Positions 1 through 12,366 of a DNA stretch of 64,000 nt are shown here, piece after piece. A model generated the notes under the pieces. The model did not search any database, was not told the origin of the DNA, and was given only the letters and a program-made list of their open reading frames with translations. The position numbers and the translations under genes are program-made. Source of the DNA: Squalus acanthias (Eukaryota); NCBI GenBank assembly GCA_030390025.1, contig CM059433.1, positions 11,038,001 to 11,102,000 of the forward strand. The letters are read 5' to 3'. How positions within the stretch are numbered: the stretch's first letter is position 1; each line of letters begins with the position of its first letter.

Positions 1-226
1 CCGGATGCTTCTCCTCCACTTTGCGCGGTCTTGGGCCAGGGGTTCCCAGGAGTCGGCCGGGATGTTACACTTTTTCAAGGGTGTCCTTGAAGCGTTTCCT
101 CTGCCCACCTGGGTCTCTCTTACCGTGTCGGATCTACGAGTAGAGCGCTTGTTTTGGGAGTCTCATATCGGGCATGTGGACGATGTGGCCCGTCCATCGG
201 AGCTGATCGAGCGTGGTCAAAGCTTC
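1..226 (-). mobile_element. RTE-clade LINE fragment (3' part, runs off window start)
   Basis: Reverse complement matches the RTE copies at 7572-8047 and 31209-32406 (DQLRWTGHIVHMPD / WESLAQDR region). Confidence 0.85.
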
Positions 227-764
227 GTTATAGGCCATCATTCAATTTGCATCATCAAGCTGTGTGTTTGTAAACAAACAAGACAAGGTTTGCCAAGTAC
301 TTTTTTGTGAAGAATGTGTCCTTTTAAATGAAATGAAATGGTTTTCTTCTGCCTTTTTATACATTTAAACAATAACATATGTATAATAAATTATGACATG
401 GGGGTCCTGACTGGTTGAGTTTACTTTGCTTTTGGGAAAGACCATAATTCATTTGGATTTACTATGTTCAAAAATGATGTGTCTTTAGCATTGGTGAAGG
501 AAAGTCAAAAGTAATCTGCAACAATATCCTCTATATGTTGTACAGCAGTTTACCCTTGACATAAATAAATATAGAACACTACTGTACCAATCCCATGATG
601 CCTTGCACATTCAGGTACTATGTCATTGCAACATATAGCACCCTTTCACCTTCTCCATACAATCTCAGAACACTTACTCAATGATAAGAAAAGTAAAAGT
701 GACTCATAATATAAATAAGCTAGGTATCATTATTTAGAATATATAATGAATATATAATGGTCAG

Positions 765-1273
765 CCAAAACTCGGCTGCCCGTGTCCTAACTCACACCAA
801 GTCCCATTCGTCCATCTCCCCTGTGCTCGCTGACCTACATTGGCTCCCGGTTAAGCAGCGCCTCGATTTCAAAATTCTCATCCTTGTTTTCAAATCCCTC
901 CATGACCTCGCCCCTTCCAATCTCTGTAATCTCCTTCACCCCACAACCCCCCGAGATATCTGCGCTCCTCTAATTCTGCCCTCTTGAGCATCCCTGATAA
1001 TAATCACTCAACCATTGGTGGCTGTGCCTTCTGTTGCCTAGGCCCTAAGCTCGGGAATTCCCTGCCTAAACCTCTCCGCCTCGCTACCTCTCTTTCCTCC
1101 TTTAAGACGCTCCTTAAAACCTACCTCTTTGACCAAGCTTTTGGTCACCAACCCTAATTTATCCTTATGTGGCTCAGTGTCAAATTTTTTGTCTTAAAAT
1201 ACTCCTGTGCAGCGCCTTGGGATGTTTTACTACGTTAAAGGCGCTATATAAATACAAGTTGTTGTTGTTGTTG
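765..1273 (+). mobile_element. L2-clade LINE 3' end with (GTT)n tail
   Basis: QNSAARVLT..SPVLADLHWLPVKQRLDFKIL..WNSLP motifs; tail ggcgctatataaatacaagttgttg. Confidence 0.9.
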
Positions 1274-1528
1274 AACACCACCACTTCCAAGTTCCTCTCC
1301 AAGTCACACACCATCCTGACTTTGAATTATATCGCCGTTCCTTCATCGTCACTGGGTCAAAATCTTGGAACTCCCTCCCTAACAGCACTGTGGGAATACC
1401 TTCACCACACGGACTGCAGCAGTTCAAGAAAGTGGCTCACCACCACCTTCTCAAGGGCAATTAGGGATGGGCAATAAATGCTTGCCTTGCAATTGACGCC
1501 CACATCCCATGAATGAATAAAAGAAAAA
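1274..1528 (+). mobile_element. CR1-group LINE 3' end (family shared with 4160 and 16169)
   Basis: Same sequence at 4160-4414 and 16169-16460; WNSLP-type ORF end, then an A-rich tail. Confidence 0.75.
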
Positions 1529-2263
1529 TAGGAGAATGAGATAACAGTGGGTTTAACCTGAAGTTTTTGTTAACATTCATTACTGTTCAGTTTCGTTCCC
1601 TCAAATTATGCTGCTACCAAAACCAGTCAACTGGCTTACTGTCCAACACACACATACACACATGTGCATGCAGACACACACTTTCGAGTACAGATAACTT
1701 GATAATGGTCAAGAATGGGTACCTTACCTAATCTGTTCTCTTCACTAGCTGAGGTTAATTGTACTGACAAACGGGCTGAGATCAGCTAACTCGACACAAG
1801 CCAGAATGAAAGCCTAGGCCGTTCTGGTGGATGAGTACATCACAAAATTAGGTTAAATACGATCTTATTCACCCCATTACTGTTCCTATTGCTATCAGTG
1901 ATACTGCCCAGCAGTGAATTGTATTAAAGCTGGGTGAAAATCATCAGTCTGTGTCTGTTTCCACCACACACTGATCTCTGTATGGTTCGCTGCTGTTCCT
2001 AAAAGGACTGCGTGACTATCAAAACATTGCAAATCTCCCTGAGCCATCTCAAGCAAGGCTTCCTCATCGCTGAACTATCCCAGCGCACAACAATAAGAAG
2101 GTAAACTCTAGCAATCACCTATGACAGAGCAGAAATGGAGCAAATCCTAGCACGTGGCAGAAATTCAAAATGACTAATGGTGGCAGCACACAAATTCAAC
2201 TCAGAACTGAGGAGCACATGCCAACACTTGATGCAATTAATTTAATTCAATTTAAGGGGACAC

Positions 2264-3035
2264 GGGGGCGATTTTGTGAATGGGGGCGCGTTGGAGGCGG
2301 GACTGCTGCTTGTCGGGTCGATGTCCCTGCCTCCATCGATTTGTGGCCAACCCACGCTATTTTCCCTTGATTGACCTTGTTAAGCCCGCCCAGCGGGCTT
2401 AGCAGGCCAATTAAGGGAAAGCCGGTTGCAGAGAACGTCAACGTATGAAGCTGTGAAGCTGTCAAACACTGACAATCTCTGCAGTTTGATGAGGTCTTGC
2501 ACACAAGACCTCATCAACCTTCTTTCTTTTACAGAAATGAGATGGTTGTTGCATCTGAGAATGCAACGGCCATCTCTCATCTGCACCACGGAGGTCCGAG
2601 ACTCTCTGCATACAAACCGACTGAAGCCTGCAGGAAGAAACAAAGGTAAGTACACTTTTAAAAACACTTAGCACTTACCTCAGGTACTCACCTCCACACT
2701 CTTGCACCCATCACTTACCTTCACACCACACTTTTGAACACCCCCCCACTCCCCCCGCAGACCCAGTACTCGCTGAGCTGGTGGGTTTTGGAGCCTTCGG
2801 GAAGCCTGCACTTGTGAGGGCAAAAAGGGGATAATCTTATTTTCTGCCTCTTAACTACCTGTTAACAGGCAGTTAATAGGCTTTAATCCCTTCCCGCCTC
2901 CAAGGAGACGGGACCCGGCGCGGGACGGCTGCCCGCCTCCTGGGAAGATTGCATGGAGGCGGGTTGGGGACCCGCCCCCAAATTCTGCCATTTTCCCGGC
3001 AGTCCCGCCTCCCCTGGGCTGGCAAAATCGCCCCC
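2264..3035. mobile_element. Harbinger-type non-autonomous element
   Basis: TIRs gggggcgattttg (2264-2276) / caaaatcgccccc (3023-3035); both arms homologous to the element at 41706-42500. Confidence 0.8.
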
Positions 3036-3668
3036 ACAGTCTTCACATAAAAAGTGAACTAACTTTTTGTCTGGACATAGGAGAAGAGCAAGAAGTCCAA
3101 TCATATTTGTCACGGAGGTATCCTATGAGGTAATGAGGTTAGTTATAGGCCATCATTCAATTTGCATCATCAGGCTGTGTATTTGTAAACAAACAAGACA
3201 AGGTTTGCCAAGTACTTTCTTGTGAAGAATGTGTCCTTTTAAATGAAATGAAATGGTTTTCTTCTGCCTTTTTATACATTTAAACAATAGCATATGTATA
3301 ATAAATTATGACATGGGGGTCCTGACTGGTTGGGTTTACTTTGCTTTTGGAAAAGACCATAATTCATTTGGATTTACTATGTTCAAAAATGATGTGTCTT
3401 TAGCATTGGTGAAGGAAAGTCAAAAATAATCTGCTACAATATCCTTTATATATTGTACAGCAGTTTACCCTTGACATAAATAAATATAGAACACTACTGT
3501 ACCGATCCCATGATGCCTTGCACATTCAGGTACTATGTCATTGTAACATATAGCACCCTTTCACCTTCTCCATACAATCTCAGAACACTTACTCAATGAT
3601 AAGAAAAGTAAAAGTGACTCATAATATAATTAAGCTAGGTATCATTATTTAGAATATATAATGGTCAG

Positions 3669-4159
3669 CTAAAACTCGGCTGCCCATTTCCTAACTCATA
3701 CCAAGTCCCATTCGTCCATCTCCCCTGTGCTCGCTGACTTACTTTGGCTCCCGGTTAAGCAGCGCCTCGATTTCAAAATTCTCATCCTTGTTTTCAAATC
3801 CCTCCATGGCCTCGCTCCTCCCTATCTCTGTAATCTCCTGCAGCCCCACAACCCCCCGAGATATCTGCGCTCCTCTAATTCTGCCCTCTTGAGCATCCCT
3901 GATTATAATCGCTCAACCTTTGGTGGCCGTGCCTTCTGTTGCCTGGGCCCTAAGCTCTGGAATTCCCTGCCTAAACCTCTCCGCCTCGCTACCTCTCTTT
4001 CTTCCTTTAAGATGCTCCTTAAAATCTACCGCACCTGCCCTAATTTATCCTTATGTGGCTCAGTGTCAAATTTTTTGTCTTAAAATACTCCTGTGCAGCG
4101 CCTTGGGTCATTTTACTACGTTAAAGGCGCTATATAAATACAAGTTGTTGTTGTTGTTG
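3669..4159 (+). mobile_element. L2-clade LINE 3' end
   Basis: ORF 3727-4083 LWLPVKQRLDFKIL..YLRSS..GGRAF..KLWNSLP; (GTT)n tail. Confidence 0.9.
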
Positions 4160-4414
4160 AACACCACCACCTCCAAGTTCCCCTCCAAGTCACACACCAT
4201 CCTGACTTGGAATTATATCGCCGTTCCTTCATCCTCACTGGGTCAAAATCTTTGAACTCCCTCCCTAACAGCACTGTGGGAGCACCTTCACCACACGGAC
4301 TGCAGCCGGTCAAGAAGGTGGCTCACCACCACCTTCTCAAGGGCAATTAGATATGGTCAATAAATGCTGGCCTTGCAATCGACGCCCACATCCCATGAAT
4401 GAATAGAAGAAAAA
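4160..4414 (+). mobile_element. CR1-group LINE 3' end
   Basis: Paralog of 1274-1528. Confidence 0.75.
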
Positions 4415-4769
4415 TAGGAGAATGAGATTACAGTGGGTTCAACCTGAGGTTTTTGTTGACATTCATTACTGTTCAGTTTCGCTCCCTCAAATTATGATGC
4501 CACCAAAACCAGCCAACTGGATTACTGACTTGCAACTCAGTCCAACACACAGATACACACATGTGCATGCACACACACACTTTCGAGTACAGATAACTTA
4601 ATAATGGTCAAGAATGGGTACCTTACCTAATCTGTTCTCTTCACTAGCTGAGGGACACTGAGGTTAATTGTACTGACAAACGGCCTGAGATCAGCTAACT
4701 CGACACAAGCCAGAATGAAAGCCAAGGCCGTTCTGGTGGATGAGTACCACTCTAGATAATACACTTAGT

Positions 4770-5229
4770 GTCAGCTGTGGCTCAGTGGGTAGCACATTCG
4801 CCTCCAGGTCAGAAGGTTGTGGGTTCAAGTCCCACTCCAGGGACTTGAGCACATAAAGCTAGGCTGACACTCCCAGTGCAGCGCTGAGGGAGTGCTGCAC
4901 TGTCGGAGGTGCCGTCTTTCAGATGAGACGTTAAACCAAGGCCTCTCTCAGGTGGTTGTAAAAGATCCCATGGCCTTATTTTGAAGAAGAGCAGGGGGGA
5001 GTTATCCCTGGTGTCCTGGGGCCAATATTTATCCCTCAACCAACATAACAAAAACAGATTATCTGGTCATTATCACATTGTTGTTTGTGGGACCTTACTG
5101 TGTGCAAATTGGCTGCCGTGTTTCCCACATTACAACAGTGATACCACTTCAAAAGTACTTCATTGGCTGTAAAGCGCTTTGAGACTTCCGGCGTTTGTAA
5201 AAGGCGCTATATAAATGCAAGTCTTTCTT
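4770..5229 (+). mobile_element. Full-length tRNA-derived DeuSINE (SacSINE1-like)
   Basis: A-box tggctcagtgggtag, B-box ggttcaagtcc (4822-4832), Deu-like core (gatgagacgttaaacc..aaagatcccatggc..gaagaagagcagggg), L2-like tail ggcgctatataaatgcaagtctttct. Confidence 0.85.
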
Positions 5230-5354
5230 ACCCATTAGGGAGCTACAGACTCACTCCTTAGACAATAAAGAGTCAGTAGAAACAGTTAGAAAATTAAAAG
5301 ATTGGTTTATATAATAATTAGATGAATTACACAGATGCTTGATTCCTCATCTAA

Positions 5355-5655
5355 GCCAAGTTAGCCTATCTCAACTAGCCATATTGGCCTTAATGCCCCT
5401 GGACTGGAAGGGAAAAATACAGCCATCTGCTCCATGTCTGATAGTCCCTACTGTATGTGTGTGAGAGAGAGAGAGAGTGTGTGCGGATGACAAGTGAGAA
5501 CAGGATCAATTTGATGGTCTCAATGTTCAGATAGCCTGCTGACACTCATTGGCGAGGTTCACACCTTCAGGCAGCCCATTTGTTGGTGGCGGTACCTGTG
5601 AAACTGCCACTCCAGCAAGAGCCAGTGGTGCTTTCTGCAAAAGAAGGGAGTTTAA
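5355..5655 (+). mobile_element. Old unclassified SINE-like repeat
   Basis: Shares motifs (gttagc..atctca, agggaaaaat.cagcc, tagcctgctgacactca) with 8395, 17617 and 62978. Confidence 0.55.
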
Positions 5656-5757
5656 AAAAAAAAGGTAGAGAAACCCCAGCAGCATGGTCCTCAATAAATG
5701 ACCTTGTCATTAAATAAAAGCAATATGACAATGGAATCTTGAGGCTACGAATGTATT

Positions 5758-6185
5758 GGCCCTGAATTTCGGGGTTCCGTCGATCTCTTGCTGAGGGTTG
5801 TGACAGGAGATCAGGAGAACTCCCGTGGAAATTCAGGGCTACTCACCTGGTTCTCCCGACCTCCGGCCATAACCTCAGTGGAAGATGGGCGCAAACCCTG
5901 CAGAAACGGCGTAAAGACCTCTCTCCGCCTCTCCACCTCTTTCTCCTCCTTTAAGACGCTCCTTAAAACCTACCTCTGTGACCAAGCCCTCCTACTGTCT
6001 CTTTATGTGGCTCGGTGTCAAATTTGGTTTGATAACCGCTCCTGGGAAGAGCCTTGGGTCATTTTACTACATTAAAGGCGCTGTATAAATACAGGTTGTT
6101 GTTGTTGTTTACGACACTTCTGCTGAATTTACAAGGGGTGGGGGAGGGTGGGAATCCGTGGAGCAGTCCGTGGAAGTTCTACCGT
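5758..6185. mobile_element. Small MITE-like element interrupted by an L2 tail
   Basis: ggccctgaatttc start with inverted gaaattcagggc at 5828; similar to 13314-14044. Confidence 0.45.
5917..6109 (+). mobile_element. L2 3' tail
   Basis: SSFKTLLKTYL motif and (GTT)n tail. Confidence 0.85.
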
Positions 6186-6987
6186 CCTGTCTTTATCTGA
6201 GTTCTGACAGAGACAGGGATTTTCTTTAAATCACAAAGTCAAAAAGTCTCTGTTGCTGGATATTGTCCACGCCAAGGTTGTCGGAATCAGCCCTTTCCTG
6301 AAAACCACTCCATGGAGGTGATAACATCCTCGTAATATAGATCACTATTTTGTCTTCTGAATTTCTTAAAAAGGAAATATATTTTGTATTTCATTTAATA
6401 CTTTAAGTTTAGAAGGAGAGAGAGAGAGAGTTAACCATGATGAAATGTATATGATTTAAATACACTTTGTATTCTTGTATGTCTGCCTCCGAAGTCAGAA
6501 ATGTAACCCAATCCATCCAGCAGTGTGCTGCGATATTATGGAACAAGCCTGAAAAAACAAATGTAATCATCGCACTGCTTATAGAAGTTATAATCTCCAC
6601 TGGGCAAGTCCAAACAGTGCCTTTAGGAAACAGGCTTCTGTGACAACACCCACTGACCCGGGATGCTCTCAGAAGGGTGTATCGAGAAGCTGGGTTTATC
6701 AGCACCTCTTTAAGCTGCCCCTTGTCTGGTGTGCTTATTATTCACCCACATGAAACATTTCTTAAGATGGGAGCTGACATGCTTTCCATGAAGGTAAATG
6801 ATGGTCTTGGATGACAGCCTCCTGCCCTCAATCTGGGGCCGAAGACAGATGGTAAAAATGATGATAAATTGGCGTGCCACATCTGAGGAGCTGTTACTCG
6901 GCTTCTCATACCCGCATAGCACCACCTAGTGGTACTTTTCACACCATCCCAAATTGTGGTGCTTGGGATCTTCTGCTCAAAACCCTT

Positions 6988-6990
<3 letters not shown>

Positions 6991-7023
<33 letters not shown>
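6991..7023. repeat. (TA)n microsatellite
   Basis: Direct read. Confidence 0.95.
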
Positions 7024-7027
<4 letters not shown>

Positions 7028-7571
7028 TGGCAAGTTATCTAACTGGGTGATTGGCCGTGGTTGAAATTAATGCACAGCGCACTGTGTTCTAATGGCCTTC
7101 TGTCGCGGATTGGAATTCAGCCAGTGCCTGATCTACAGCACAACACACAATACCAACGGCAAATGCAGCTGAACCCTTGTTCGAAGTCCAAAGACAAGGG
7201 ACAGCATAAAGCCAGAGCTGGTGGGGGTGCCATGGCTTGGAGTTGTGATGTTTGATTTGCTAACGATGAGAATTCATTGAAAAAATCCTAATAGCATTAT
7301 AATAACGAATGCCATCGTATCATAAGGCATGGGGTGGGGGGGGGTGGGTGTAAGTGGAAAAATGGAGTTCTAATTTAAAAGTCACTTTTGGTGTCAGGAC
7401 AGCCCACTCAAAATGTGGTCATTTTAGTTACAAAACCAGACAAGTGACCACCCTGCAGGCTATGCAGGCAGTGATGGTCCAGTACTGCACCATTACAAAA
7501 GTTGCTCGTGATAAAGTGCGACTGGAAGATATAAAGTTTGTGCAGTATTGAGCAAAAAGGCATGGGTAGAC

Positions 7572-8047
7572 CACGCTCGATCAGCTCCGATGGACGGGCC
7601 ACGCTCGATCAGCTCCGATGGATGGGCCACATCATCCGCATGCCCGATACGAGACTCCCAAAACAAGCGCTCTACTCGGAGCTCCAACATGGCAAGAGAG
7701 CCCCAGGTGGGCAGAGGAAACGCTTCAAGGACACCCTCAAAGCGTCCTTGGAAAAAGTGCAACATCCCCACCGACACCTGTGAATCCCTGGCCCAAGACC
7801 GCACAAAGTGGAGGAGAAGCATCCGGGAAGGTGCCAAACACCTCGAGTCTCTTCGCTGGGAGCAAGCGCAAACAGCGGAAGGAGCGCACGTCAACCCAAG
7901 CACCCCACCCACCCGCCCCTTCAACCACCGTCTGCCCCACCTGTGACAGAGACTGTAGGTCCCGCATTGGACTCATCAGTCACCTGAGAACTCATTTTTA
8001 GTGTGGAAGCAAGTCATCCTCGGTTCCGAGGGACTGCCTAAGAAAGA
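7572..8047 (+). mobile_element. RTE LINE 3' end with 10-bp TSD
   Basis: TSD atgggtagac at 7562-7571 and 8048-8057; C-terminal CPTCDRDCRSRIGLISHLRTH zinc finger; AAG-type tail. Confidence 0.92.
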
Positions 8048-8394
8048 ATGGGTAGACAGGAAAGTTTGCCACAGCAACACTTTAATTCAAGACAACAGCA
8101 AAGCAGGCATTGGATGGTAACCTCCCTCAGTACTGTTATTAGATGGTGTCCTTTGTCTGATTAAAATTTTTAGTTACTGTTTGCAATTCCCTTTGCTTCA
8201 CATTATGGCTGTGGTGCTGAACAATCGAAGACTCAGAGACTGAAACAAAATGCGAGCATGTCAGGAATTTTACAACGGTTCTCAATTGATCGGCATTGTT
8301 ATTTATAGGTCCCCTGATGGTTCATTGAATAAGTGTACGGCTACTGTGTACAATACTTAGCCATATAAATGTGAAGGGTAATAATTTTGTTCCA

Positions 8395-8712
8395 TGGTCT
8401 CTGCTAAAGTAGCTGGCCTCAGCTGGCACAGTGATATTATGCTACATTTGGGTGGGCTAGGGAGGGGAATGGTCATGTGTGTTCTTGAGTGCTATCCAGG
8501 AGAAGTTGTGTGTGTGGATTCTGGCTGAGAGTAGGGTTGGGCTTAACTCTGATAGCTCCTTTGGTTGAAGAGCCTACCAGCTCTCATTGTCCAGCTTCAC
8601 ACATGAAAAATGATAACTGGGACACAATGCCAAAAGGGCTATCGGCCACGGAGCAGTCATACCCAATCTTGAATTGCCCTCTTCAGCCGAGGTGGGATGA
8701 GTGGAGAAAAAT
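8395..8712 (+). mobile_element. Old unclassified SINE-like repeat
   Basis: Homologous to 5355, 17617 and 62978. Confidence 0.55.
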
Positions 8713-8735
8713 AAGGAAAATAACCCTCACTTATC

Positions 8736-9086
8736 ATTCTGCCAGCGCAATTCACACTTCATCTGGAGCCATCCTTTGTTTCTTAACCTGTCCCATTACC
8801 ATCTCCTTTTGCCTTGAATATCTCTTAATGTCTCTTAACTGCTCCTGCCTTCTATCCTATCACAGACCTTCCCTTTTGTTCTTTCATCCCCTCCCCCATT
8901 TCCCAGCTCCTACCTTTGCTTAAAAATCTGTTCCACTTCCTGCTTTTTTCCAGTTCTGACGAAAGGTCATCGACCTGAAACGTTAACTCTGTTTCTCTCT
9001 TCACAGATGCTGCCTGACCTGCTGAGTATCTCCAGCATTTTCTGTTTTTATTTCAGATTTCCAGCATCTGCAGTATTTTCTTTTTG
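8736..9086 (+). mobile_element. Penelope-like element terminal repeat with 15-bp TSD
   Basis: TSD taaccctcacttatc at 8721-8735 and 9087-9101; homologous to 39930-40130, which lies downstream of the GIY-YIG ORF. Confidence 0.8.
8952..8988 (+). ncRNA. Minimal type I hammerhead ribozyme motif
   Basis: AGTT-CTGACGA-A-AGGTC-atc-GACCT-GAAA-CGTT-AACT: intact core boxes, helix II, helix I AGTT/AACT and a loopless palindromic helix III. Confidence 0.7.
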
Positions 9087-9750
9087 TAACCCTCACTTAT
9101 CTTTACTTGTGACTTGATTAGGCAATAATGATCAGAAGGTACAATTGGGTGAAGCCAGGTATAGAGGTGTACCTGGTAAACTACCCATGGCATTGCCCAC
9201 AGTCAGCTGATGAATACTAGTTTTCTCTATATACAAGATGGCGAGTTCAAAGAGACACGTCAGTGCCAACTAGTGGCCAGAGGCTGCAATTACACCACAA
9301 CAGTTGACATAGAGAAGTTTAATGGGAAATGTTGACATACCAATTTACAATGATAACTGTTGACAGAAGAGTGTGACAACAGGAAATAAGGTTCGTGGAC
9401 AGGAAGGCATCTATGATAGGTTTTTAATAATATATAGATAATGAATGTTTGCATTTGCTTATACTATAATATAGGCATAGCTGATTAAACCAAGATGCAC
9501 ATCAAGTCTGCTATTCTAAAATTCAGCATTACTATCAGTAGATACCGATTATTTTAAAAATGTGGGCTCTTACCACACATTAATACCTGCAGTCACAGCT
9601 AATTACATCTCTGCGATTTAGTCCACTCAAGATGAAGAAATAGTAACTGAAGAAGAACAGTGAATCCTACTTGGAGCAGACTGTAGTATCTTTCGGTGTA
9701 TCTGGTACCATCCCATGCCATGCACAAAATACATTGAATTCTTAGATATT

Positions 9751-10045
9751 TACATAGGATTACATGGGATATATGGCACAGAAACGGGCCATTCGGCCCA
9801 ACCAGTCCATGCCGGCGTTTATGCTCCACTCGAGCCTCCTCCCGTCTTTCCTCATCTAAATCTATCAGCATAACCCTCTATTCCCTTCTCCCTCATATGC
9901 TTAACTAGCCTCCCCTTAAATGCATCTGTACTATTTGCCTCAACTGCTTCCTGTGATATCGAGTTCCACATTCTCACCACTCTCTGGGTAAAGAAGTTTC
10001 TTCTGAATTCCCTATTGGATTTCTTGAATTCCCTATTTGATTTCT
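9751..10045 (-). mobile_element. CR1 LINE 3' end
   Basis: Minus strand reads FFTQRVVRMWNS; near-identical family member at 63731-64000. Confidence 0.85.
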
Positions 10046-10099
10046 GCGTGATAAACTGTTCCCTCTTAACTGCAGCAGTTCTGGATGGGAGCTGACAAG

Positions 10100-12366
10100 A
10101 GAGATTTCTACGTTCAATCTAAAAATTTATCAGCAACCTTTCAAAGTTTCCAATGAATGCATAGAATCCACGAGATCTCAGGCTCGTTTTTAACCCGCAG
10201 GGGGAATTAGGCGAACACCGCGCACCCCTGACCTCAGCAGTGCGAGGCACGAGCGATTTGAACTCCTGGATCTCAACTTCATGCTCCCCGATCAGTCGCC
10301 TGCCCAAAACGGAGCGAAGGGACAGCTGGCCAACAGGCGGGAGTGTGATCCCGGGTGGCAGGAGGCCTCGGGCCTGGTCTATCGGTACGCTCGGCGTTGC
10401 TCTTCCTGGCCCCCTCAAGCAAAAGTTATTTTTTAATAACTTACCGGTTTGTGCCTCAGCTGTCCCCGAGCTCCTCTTCCCGCTACCTTCACCTGGTGGG
10501 AATGCCACAACGGCTTCCCCGCTCACCAGTTGAAATAACAGTCGCGGTCTGATGACATCATCAGAATCTGATTTGCATATCAAATGAAGGACCCCGGCCA
10601 GCTTCGGCAGCGCATCCTTTCTGCCTGCTCAGAACAGCAGGTTAAAATAGAAGGCGACAGCAGGAACCTTTATGCCTGCAAATGCACCACAGCAACGAGC
10701 GGCACTGGCAGAGGAAGATAATGGTGAAGAGGATGATGAGGACCAAGCCATACAGGATTCGCAGCCGCATGATACCACTGTCTCTCAGGACAGCAGTACA
10801 ATCCACCCCCCACCCCCCCCCCCACCACCACCACCCCCACACCCCTACCCTCATAGCACTATATCGTTGGGACGTTGGGAGGTGATATCAAACTGCCAAA
10901 AAGCAAGTTCGAAACATATAAAATTCTGACAGGTCTGGACAAACTAGATGCAGGAAGAATGTTCCCGATGGTCGGAGAGTCCAGAACCAGGGGTCATAAT
11001 CTAAGGATAAGTGGTAAGCCATTTAGGACAGAAATGAGGAAGAATTTCTTCACCCAGAGAGTGGTGAACCTGTGGAATTATCTACCACAGAAGGTAGTTG
11101 AGGCCAAGTCATTAAATATATTCAAGAATGAGTTAGATATATTTCTTAAAGCTAAAGGTATCAAGGGATATGGGGAGAAGGCAGGTACAGGGTACTGAGT
11201 TTGGATGATCAGCCATGATCTCATCGAATGGCGGAGCAGGCTCGAGGGGCCGAATGGCCTACTCCTGCTCTTGTCTTCTAAGTTGCCGTGAGACGAGGGC
11301 CATCTCAGGCCCATGAGCCTTTTGTAGGCTGCGAGTGAGAGGCCAACCTCCCCCAACCATCTTGGCCCTCAAGTGGCACCAAATAAAAGCACAAGAAGGA
11401 ATGTGTAGCCACCCAGGGGGGGAAGAACGGTGCAAAGAAAAAGTAGGTTAATTGGGGGCACTCTGGAATTTACTGAAAGAAAATAGACATCACAATTCGC
11501 TCCTGATGGAGGTGAGAGTGCACTTATGTGATGCTGATGTCTTCACTAATGTGGTGATGATCAACACAGTCAGGTAGGGGCAAAGAGGGCTGATATGTTG
11601 TCAAGTGGTGGGATGGGTAACGGTTTTAAGAAATGTCCCTTTAGTCACAAGGGTGGGGGAGGAGCAGTAGAAGGAGATAAGGTTGTCGTGTCAAAGGTAG
11701 ACTTTGTTCAATGGAAGAGAAGACTTCACTGTTGAGATGTGCTGTGATGCGCCTTGCAGTAAATGCTGCCTGAGTCTCAATTGCTGCACTCTGTGGTGCC
11801 TCTGCTAGTCCATGATAATGACATACCCATAGGGAATACCATACGTGCTCGTGAGAAGCCTTGACTGTGGGTAGAGGGTGAGGAGTGCCGGGGCGGGGGG
11901 CAGGGGGGGGGGGTCTGAAAATCTGCCGTTGCTCTGACCCCTCTGAGAAGCAAGTGCAGGTTTCTGCAGGCAGAATGAAAGAAGAAAAAAACACTTGAAA
12001 AACAAATATTCCTACCATCAGAAATCTTCAAAAGAGGATCTGCGGACTTTACTCTGTCAGGAACGCTTCTCTTCCACCAGCACCGGCTGATCCTGGCAGC
12101 CGCTGCACCTTGGACAGTGAAGTGTAACTTTGCCCTGAGCGCACTGGCGGGGTACGTGCAGGAAACGTTCATCTACAGTGGCACTGGCTGGCAGGCAGCC
12201 GTGGGTAAATGAGGCCTCTGGCGACTCTCAGGCACATCGCAAAATGGCTCCAGAAGCGCGAAGGAACTCGGAGGAAGCTTTTTAGAAGTGCTTCCAGACG
12301 GGTTTTCTCACTTACATCATTACAGCGCAGCTAACGCACTGGAAACAACAAGGAAATTCACCCCCC
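10100..12366. mobile_element. Highly degenerate Harbinger relic interrupted by CR1
   Basis: Acidic transposase-tail-like stretch near 10690-10790 (+), Myb-like remnant near 12030-12140 (-), end gaaattcacccccc; left boundary uncertain. Confidence 0.4.
10910..11285 (+). mobile_element. CR1 LINE 3' end
   Basis: ETYKILTGLDKLDAGRMFP..TRGHNLRI..FFTQRVVNLWN; CR1 3' UTR stem gaatggcctactcctgct. Confidence 0.92.

Larger units (their letters stand above)
227..1838 (+). repeat. Local segmental duplication, copy 1
   Basis: Colinear and highly similar to 3142-4747 from gttataggccatcattcaatttgc to gttctggtggatgagtac, including unique AT-rich DNA. Confidence 0.95.
3142..4747 (+). repeat. Local segmental duplication, copy 2
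   Basis: Paralog of 227-1838. Confidence 0.95.

Noticed and set aside
2006..2100. Candidate coding exon DCVTIKTLQISLSHLKQGFLIAELSQRTTIR
   Set aside because: Splice sites are plausible but there is no recognisable homology or partner exon
4770..4842. tRNA gene
   Set aside because: It is the tRNA-derived head of the SINE and continues into the Deu core and tail
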